Positions 57,744 to 64,000 of a stretch of DNA of 64,000 nucleotides are shown here, piece by piece. A model generated the notes under the pieces. It saw only the letters and a list, made by a program, of their open reading frames with translations, made no database searches and was not told the origin of the DNA. The position numbers and the translations under genes were made by a program. The DNA is from an uncultured Desulfatitalea sp. Lineage in GTDB: Bacteria; Desulfobacterota; Desulfobacteria; Desulfobacterales; Desulfosarcinaceae. Each line of letters begins with the position of its first letter. The stretch's first letter is position 1. Location of the stretch: contig CAXXMB010000002.1 in the NCBI GenBank assembly GCA_963668675.2, positions 32,001-96,000 of the forward strand, in the 5' to 3' direction.

Positions 57744-59045
57744 ATGACATTTTGCGAGTATTGCCAACGAAAGCACCGTGTTGGATTCGTATCCACCCGA
57801 TTTGCGGGAACCGACGGTGTATCCCTTGAGGCGGAGAAATGGGCCCGGATCATAGAGTCCTACGGAATAACGGTCTTCTACTTCGCTGGAGAGATCGACC
57901 GGGACCCCGATCGATGCTACCTCTCCGAAGAGGCCCACTTTCAGCACCCCGACATAAAAGAGATTCACAACTCCTGTTTCGGTACCAGTCTGAGGGAACG
58001 CAAGGTCACCCAGAAAATCCAGTCGATCAAAAGTCATCTGAAAGACCATCTCTACCGTTTCATCGAACAGTTCGAACTCGATCTGCTCATCGCGGAGAAC
58101 TGTTTGACAATTCCCTTGAATATTCCGCTGGCCGTTGCATTGACCGAAGTCATTTCAGAAACCGGTATTAAAACGATCGCCCATCATCACGATTTTTACT
58201 GGGAGCGTCAGACATTTTCGGTCAACGCGGTGTGGGAGTACCTCAATATGGCGTTTCCGCCAAACCTGCCCGCCATCAAGCATGTCACCATCAACTCCTC
58301 AGGGGCAAACCAGCTCGCCTTGCGCACCGGCATCTCATCCACGATCATCCCCAATGTGATGGATTTCGAAACGCCCCCTTCGCCGCCGGACGATTACACC
58401 AGCGATGTGCGTCAGGCGTTGGGACTCAAAAATTGGGAACTTTTCATTCTCCAGCCGACCCGCGTAGTGAAACGAAAGGGGATTGAGCACGCCATCGAAT
58501 TCGTCAAGCGACTGGGCGCAAAAGCCAAACTGGTCATATCGCATGCGTCCGGCGACGAAGGCCACGACTATGAGCGTCGGGTGTGGGAGTACTCCCGTAT
58601 GCTCAATGTGGACACGCTCTTTGTCTCCGACATCATCAACGACCAACGTGGAACCACCAAGGATGGCAAAAAAATATACACCCTGGACGACATCTACCCC
58701 CACGCAGACATGGTGACCTACCCATCGAATTTCGAGGGCTTCGGCAACGCCTTCCTCGAAGCCGTCTACTACCATAAACCGATTCTGGTGAACAACTACT
58801 CCATCTATACCACCGATATCCGCCCGAAAGGCTTCTCGGTCATCGAAATAGATGGCTATGTGACCAAACAGGCCGTCCAATTGGCAAAAATGGTGCTCCG
58901 TGATGAAGATCTTCGCAATCGGATGGCCGTCCACAACTACCAACTCGGGACTCAATACTTCTCTTATAAGGTGCTGCGCCAAAAACTGCACGATCTGCTC
59001 GGCGATTGCCTGCCTTGCCTATCGAAAGAAGATAACCTGCCATAG
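57744..59045 (+). CDS. glycosyltransferase family 4
   Basis: AGTDGVSLE; HHHDFYWER; QPTRVVKRKGIE; EGFGNAFLEA. Confidence 0.85.
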   Translation: MTFCEYCQRKHRVGFVSTRFAGTDGVSLEAEKWARIIESYGITVFYFAGEIDRDPDRCYLSEEAHFQHPDIKEIHNSCFGTSLRERKVTQKIQSIKSHLKDHLYRFIEQFELDLLIAENCLTIPLNIPLAVALTEVISETGIKTIAHHHDFYWERQTFSVNAVWEYLNMAFPPNLPAIKHVTINSSGANQLALRTGISSTIIPNVMDFETPPSPPDDYTSDVRQALGLKNWELFILQPTRVVKRKGIEHAIEFVKRLGAKAKLVISHASGDEGHDYERRVWEYSRMLNVDTLFVSDIINDQRGTTKDGKKIYTLDDIYPHADMVTYPSNFEGFGNAFLEAVYYHKPILVNNYSIYTTDIRPKGFSVIEIDGYVTKQAVQLAKMVLRDEDLRNRMAVHNYQLGTQYFSYKVLRQKLHDLLGDCLPCLSKEDNLP

Positions 59046-59151
59046 ATATTGACAAAACAAGGTATGACACGATAAAACCGACGCTATAGCGCGAAACGGC
59101 AGACGAGCAGCGCATGTATGTTGGATTTCCTAAACTGGCAAAGGGGGAAAT

Positions 59152-59796
59152 ATGCAGCCATCATTCCAGGAGTGGTTATGGGAGCAACGCGGCAAACGAT
59201 GCGTCGAGAGGCTGAAAAAAAATGGGTTTGACGCTCACTGGGTACCCGATACGAAGGCCGGCAGGGCCCTTATCCTGGCAATGATCGAACAGTACCAGAC
59301 ATTCGGCTTCGGCGGTTCGGACAGCGTTCGACAGCTTGGCTTGGTCGAACATCTGGTTTCGGAGAAAAAAACGGTGTTCGACCACTGGCAAAAGGACCTT
59401 TCTCCCGAATCGAGCCTCGATATTCGCAAGTCGCAATTGACGTGCGACTGCTTTTTCTGCAGTGCCAATGCCATCTCTCTCACCGGAGAGATCGTAAATG
59501 TCGACGGTGTCGGCAACAGAACAAGCGCCATGGGGTTTGGCCCCTCCAAAGTGATTATCGTCGCCGGCATGAACAAAGTGGCTGACGATCTGGAAGGTGC
59601 CCTCCAGCGTGTCAAACAGGTAGCCGGTCCCATGCGTGCCAAGAGCCTCAACATGCAGACGCCATGTGCCGAAAGCGGTATCTGCAGCGATTGCCACTCT
59701 CCGCAGCGGATCTGCCGGATCACCACCATACTCCATCGCCAACCCATGCTGACACCCACCAGTGTCGTTTTGATCAATGAGGCGTTGGGATACTAA
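59152..59796 (+). CDS. LUD/lactate-utilization domain protein
   Basis: SANAISLTGEIVNVDGVGNR; GMNKV; CSDCHSPQRIC. Confidence 0.8.
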   Translation: MQPSFQEWLWEQRGKRCVERLKKNGFDAHWVPDTKAGRALILAMIEQYQTFGFGGSDSVRQLGLVEHLVSEKKTVFDHWQKDLSPESSLDIRKSQLTCDCFFCSANAISLTGEIVNVDGVGNRTSAMGFGPSKVIIVAGMNKVADDLEGALQRVKQVAGPMRAKSLNMQTPCAESGICSDCHSPQRICRITTILHRQPMLTPTSVVLINEALGY

Positions 59797-59810
59797 CACC
59801 GAGGCAACCA

Positions 59811-60800
59811 ATGCGATTTAGAAACACATTTTTTTGGGCAGCCGCCCTCTTGCTCCTCTCCTTGATGGTGATCCCCGTCTGTTTCTCAGAGAACAGCAGG
59901 ACGCCAGAGCCCGCCCTGGCCACTGTCAATGATGTCGCCATCTATCCCAAGGAGTTGTATCAGGAGATGGGGCAGCTCAAGGCCGAAATGGACATGCGCA
60001 ACCGCCCCCTCTATGACAGCCAAATCGAACAGTTGCGCAGCCAGTTGACTGAAAACCTCATCGAACGAGAATTGCTCTACCAGCATGCCCAGCAACGCAA
60101 TATCCGCATCCGCTCCAAATGGGTCAATGGCGCCCTGAAAGAGCTCAAGGAGCAGTTGGGCAGCGCAGCAGCGATGAAAACCTATCTCACCAGCAGTGGC
60201 CTGACAGAGCAGGAGCTCGAAACACGCATTCGCAAAGGCCTGGTCGTAAGGCGCATGCTGCGCCGGGAAGCGTTGCGCGCTATCAAGGTCAGTGAAGCTG
60301 AAATTCAAGCCTTTTACCGCGAGCACCCCGAACTTTTCCAGCAAGGCGAAAAGATAAGGGTCCGACACATTCTTGCCGAGGTAAACGATTGGAAGAAGCC
60401 GGATCAACAAGCGGCTGCCCTGCAGAAGATACAATCCTTTCAACACCGGATTGAACAGGGCACCCGCTTTGCGGTTCTCGCCTTGGAATTCTCCGACTGC
60501 CCGAGCAGAGCACGCGGTGGGGACCTGGGGTACCTTCCCCTCAACGAAATGGTGGAAGCCTTCTCAACAGCAGCCAATGCACTGCAACCTGGAGAGATCA
60601 GCGATATCGTCACCACCCGCTTCGGCTACCATCTGATCCAAATGGTCGATCGCGAACCACCCTCCATCGTGAACTATCGGGAGGCCCGGGGAAAAATCGA
60701 AAGGACACTCCGGCGCAACAAGGAGAACGAGGCGGTCGCCAACTATATCGCTGCACTCAAACGACGGGCCAATATCGTTCGCCACGGTTCAAATCCCTGA
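59811..60800 (+). CDS. peptidyl-prolyl cis-trans isomerase (SurA/PrsA-type parvulin)
   Basis: Signal peptide; VRHIL; SDCPSRARGGDLG; TRFGYHLI. Confidence 0.9.
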   Translation: MRFRNTFFWAAALLLLSLMVIPVCFSENSRTPEPALATVNDVAIYPKELYQEMGQLKAEMDMRNRPLYDSQIEQLRSQLTENLIERELLYQHAQQRNIRIRSKWVNGALKELKEQLGSAAAMKTYLTSSGLTEQELETRIRKGLVVRRMLRREALRAIKVSEAEIQAFYREHPELFQQGEKIRVRHILAEVNDWKKPDQQAAALQKIQSFQHRIEQGTRFAVLALEFSDCPSRARGGDLGYLPLNEMVEAFSTAANALQPGEISDIVTTRFGYHLIQMVDREPPSIVNYREARGKIERTLRRNKENEAVANYIAALKRRANIVRHGSNP

Positions 60801-60980
60801 TGTGATAGGCCAAATGTTTTTTCTTGACCAATGAGATGGCCATCGCTTATCCTGAAATTGAATGATACTCAGTCAATGACTCCGAATTGACTTATAGCGG
60901 GAGCCTACAATGATTTGAGTATCGTTTGCGGAGGTGGCTTCTTTTGTAGCAGGAACGTTATGACACAGGAGGGAATGGCT

Positions 60981-61181
60981 TTGGCGAACGGTACGGTAAA
61001 GTGGTTTAATAACAAGAAGGGGTATGGCTTCATAAACGAAGAGGGTGGACGCGACATTTTCGTACATTTCTCATCCATAGAGATGGATGGCTATAAAACC
61101 CTGAATGAGGGGGAGCAGGTCATCTTCGAAATCGAAGAGAGCACGCGCGGTCCGGAAGCCAAGAACGTCAAAAGAGCTTAA
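60981..61181 (+). CDS. cold-shock protein
   Basis: GTVKWFN; KGYGFI; DIFVHFS; TTG (or ATG 60975) start after GGAGG. Confidence 0.93.
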   Translation: MANGTVKWFNNKKGYGFINEEGGRDIFVHFSSIEMDGYKTLNEGEQVIFEIEESTRGPEAKNVKRA

Positions 61182-61194
61182 CGCTTCAAACCCG

Positions 61195-61235
61195 AAAAAG
61201 GCGCCATGGACTGCATATACCGTGGCGCCTTTTTT
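61195..61235. terminator. bidirectional intrinsic terminator
   Basis: AAAAAGGCGCCATGG...CCGTGGCGCCTTTTTT between convergent csp and efflux genes. Confidence 0.8.
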
Positions 61236-61360
61236 GGGCATGGGACAGGTACGGCACTTTTTGTGCTGTGTCTGGGCACATGGCCCTCTTATCATCGTAA
61301 CGCAAGTTTCACCACAGAGGCTAATCTTACAGGGCCTTCTCTGTAATTTCCCCTTAAAGT

Positions 61361-62797
61361 TTACTCCTTCTCAGCAGTCGTTTTCTGCTGGTTGGCAGTT
61401 TTGGTCTGCGCCATCTCTTCACGGCTGATCCATCCCCCCCCCAATGCTTTGTAGAGGGTGACATACGAACGAAAGTAGCGCTGCTTGAGATCGGACAGCT
61501 CAAGTTGAACTGAAAAGAGCGTGCGATCCGCCTCCAGCACCTCCAAGTAGCTGGTGACGCCCTTGTCATATCTCTCAGCAGAAAGATCGTTGGCATTCTG
61601 GGCGGCGACAAGCTTGTTTGTCACGGCTTCCATCTCACGTCGGTAGGTCTCAACCTCCACCAGTGCATCCTCGACCTCTCTAAAGGCGTTGAGCACCGTG
61701 TCCTCATATTCAAAGAGCACCTGTCGCGTGCGTTCCTCTTCTAATACGACGCGTTGTTTGCCCTTGTTAAAATCGAACAGCGGCCCCAAAAGACCGGCAC
61801 CGGCCGACCATACACCTCCTTCCGACGTGATCGAGGAGATCTCGCTGCTTGCCAGTCCCAACAACCCCGTGAGGCTGATCGCAGGCAAGCGCATGGCGGT
61901 GGCCACGCCGATGCGCGCATTTTGCGCGTTGAGCAGGTATAGCGACTGGACGATATCGGGACGACGCTCCAGTATCTGGGCAGGCAGACCGGCAGGGATC
62001 TCTGGTGGCGTGTGTTGATGGTCCAGTCCCCTGCCCCGGGCAATTTGTCCCGGCAGCCGCCCCAAAAGCAGGCTCAAAGCGTGCTCGGTAGTAGAGATCA
62101 AGCGCTCATAGAGCGGTATTGCACCGGCGGCAATCTCCTTTTGAATCTGGGCCTGGTTCAGGTCAATCTCGGGGATGATGCCCCTGTCGAACCGCTGCTG
62201 GATGATCTCCAGGCTTTTTAATCTCGAATCGAGGGTCTCCCTGGCAATAGCAAGACGCTGATGGTAATCCAACAGAAGAAAATAGGTACCCACCACTTCT
62301 GAAATAAGGTCCAGCTGAAGGCTGCGCACCCCATACTCGGATGCCATCAGTTCGGCACGAGCCGCTTCGCTGGATCTGCGATACTTGCCCCAGAAATCGA
62401 TCTCCCAACGAAGCACTGGGGCAACATAGAGTGAATGGTTGGTCGTCTCCGAACGGGATCCACCAGAAAAAGTGCCGATGGAGGCGCCGGCCTCGATGTC
62501 GAGTCGCGGGTACTGGTCCGCCCGGGTGATCCCAAGTGCGGCACGTGCCTGCTCCATGCGACTGACGGCGATTTTCAGATTGTTGTTGTTCTCCAACGCC
62601 ATTGTGACGAGGGTATAGAGGACAGGATCATCAAACAACTCCCACCACTTCAAATCCATTGAGGCCGCTTCGCTGGTCTCTGCGAACCGGTACTCGGCCG
62701 GAATCTCCACCTCGGGTGGTTTAAAGTCCGGTCCCAGCGCACAACCGGTTGGAATCAACATCATCAATAATGCAAAAATGCGAACACTCTTTATCAT
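61361..62797 (-). CDS. efflux outer-membrane lipoprotein (OprM/NodT family)
   Basis: Lipobox IPTG-C; WWELFDDP; WEIDFWGK; RRPDI; LYKALGGGW. Confidence 0.92.
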   Translation of the reverse strand: MIKSVRIFALLMMLIPTGCALGPDFKPPEVEIPAEYRFAETSEAASMDLKWWELFDDPVLYTLVTMALENNNNLKIAVSRMEQARAALGITRADQYPRLDIEAGASIGTFSGGSRSETTNHSLYVAPVLRWEIDFWGKYRRSSEAARAELMASEYGVRSLQLDLISEVVGTYFLLLDYHQRLAIARETLDSRLKSLEIIQQRFDRGIIPEIDLNQAQIQKEIAAGAIPLYERLISTTEHALSLLLGRLPGQIARGRGLDHQHTPPEIPAGLPAQILERRPDIVQSLYLLNAQNARIGVATAMRLPAISLTGLLGLASSEISSITSEGGVWSAGAGLLGPLFDFNKGKQRVVLEEERTRQVLFEYEDTVLNAFREVEDALVEVETYRREMEAVTNKLVAAQNANDLSAERYDKGVTSYLEVLEADRTLFSVQLELSDLKQRYFRSYVTLYKALGGGWISREEMAQTKTANQQKTTAEKE

Positions 62798-62863
62798 ATG
62801 GAAAGCACTCATTTTCTGTTGGTTATGGTGGATGCCTTCATTCCGTTCCGATTCACAGAACAA

Positions 62864-64000
62864 TCACCCCTGTCGCTGTTGCAACTCACGCTTTTTTTCA
62901 TAGCCTGCCAACTTGCCGACCAGTACAAAAAGCATGGGATATAAAAAAACGCCGAGAAGGGTGGCCATTGCCATGCCCCCCAATAGCGCCATCCCCATCA
63001 CTTTGCGTGCCTCGGCCCCCGCCCCCGATGCGACGACGAGGGGAAGCACCCCCAGAATAAAAGAGAAAGCGGTCATCAGAATGGGTCTGAAGCGCAACTT
63101 GGCGGATTCAACGGCGGCGTCGAAGAGCGACATCCCCTCATTGAATTTGATATTGGCAAATTCGACGATAAGAATAGCATTTTTGGCCGCCATTCCGATA
63201 AGCATAACCAATGCAATTTGAGCGAAGACGTTGTTCTCATAGGCCAAATCAAACTGGCGGGCGAGCAGCACCGTAACCAAAGCACCGCAGATCGCAAAAG
63301 GCGTTCCCAGCAGAATGGAGAACGGAAGAGACCAGCTCTCGTACTGGGCGGCCAGAATCAGGAAGACGAACAGCAGAGAAAAGACAAAAACGATGGCACC
63401 GGTGCCTGCAGCCTCTTTCTCCTGAAATGACATATTGCTCCAGGCATATCCCATTTCCGAAGACAACACTTCTGCCGCGACATCTTCCAGCGCGGTCATC
63501 GCCTGGTCTGATGTGTATCCCTGTGCCGGGGTACCGCTCAACTCGGTGGAACGAAACAGATTGAAACGGGTGGTGTAATCGGGACCGGCCACCTCTTTGA
63601 CTTCTACAAAGGAAGCCAGAGGGACGCCTTGGCCTTTTCTGTTTTTGATAAAAAAAAGGTTGATCTGGTCGGCCTTCTGGCGATACTCCGGTTCGGCTTG
63701 GATATAGGCTTTGTAGAGACGGCCGAATCGGTTGAAATCGTTGACGTATGCCCCACCCAAAAACGCCCCTACGGTCGTATAGATATCGTCCAGCGCAATG
63801 CCGGCTTTCAATGTCTTGTCCCGATTGATCTCGAGATATTTCTGGGGAACGGTAGCACGATAGGTGGTGAAGATCGATCCGATCTCCGGCCGTTGACTGG
63901 CGGCCTGAATAAAACGGCCGGTCTGTTCACTGAGAAACGCCGGGGTACTGCCGCTGCGATCCTGAAGCATCATCGTAAATCCGGAACCGTTGCCCAGCCC
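62864..64000 (-). CDS. RND efflux permease (HAE1/AcrB family), C-terminal part; 5' end outside the window
   Basis: YVNDFNRFGR; LAAQYESW; AKNAILIVEFA; RFRPILMT. Confidence 0.92.
   Translation of the reverse strand, partial: GLGNGSGFTMMLQDRSGSTPAFLSEQTGRFIQAASQRPEIGSIFTTYRATVPQKYLEINRDKTLKAGIALDDIYTTVGAFLGGAYVNDFNRFGRLYKAYIQAEPEYRQKADQINLFFIKNRKGQGVPLASFVEVKEVAGPDYTTRFNLFRSTELSGTPAQGYTSDQAMTALEDVAAEVLSSEMGYAWSNMSFQEKEAAGTGAIVFVFSLLFVFLILAAQYESWSLPFSILLGTPFAICGALVTVLLARQFDLAYENNVFAQIALVMLIGMAAKNAILIVEFANIKFNEGMSLFDAAVESAKLRFRPILMTAFSFILGVLPLVVASGAGAEARKVMGMALLGGMAMATLLGVFLYPMLFVLVGKLAGYEKKRELQQRQG

Noticed and set aside
1..64000. CRISPR arrays, rRNA, tRNA, transposases, prophage genes
   Set aside because: No regularly spaced repeats, cloverleafs, rRNA signatures or transposase/integrase ORFs were recognised by eye.

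Overview
64-kb chromosomal window from a sulfate-reducing deltaproteobacterium (Desulfobacterales-like; the taxon is inferred from gene content and style). In order: a wtpABC tungstate/molybdate transporter; a decayed SMP-30 pseudogene; an aprBA (APS reductase) cassette of the short, Gram-positive-like type, with no adjacent qmo, preceded by a sigma-54-type promoter and bracketed by two ~146-bp MITE copies; YkgJ, thioredoxin and two PAS sigma-54 activators; a minus-strand cluster of 2-oxoacid:ferredoxin oxidoreductase (korDABC), an HdrA/GltD hybrid, MvhD-HdrD and a selenocysteine HdrA-MvhD (in-frame TGA plus SECIS); SDR, PIG-L deacetylase and acyl-CoA ligase; an AAA+/VWA pair; queF, sppA, polA; a Ser/Thr kinase next to a Gly-rich degenerate-GGDEF protein; radical SAM, ahbB and a purine/MTA salvage cluster (mtnA, ade, two mtaD-like genes, PNP); a NuoE-DRTGG-NuoF-(RnfB::GltD)-RseC cluster; PilZ, GT4, LUD, PPIase, csp; and the end of an RND efflux operon. 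Intergenic DNA carries several REP/MITE families and two copies of a ~190-nt hairpin element with compensatory substitutions. No rRNA, tRNA, CRISPR or transposase was seen. All protein calls rest on motif recognition from memory, not on database searches.
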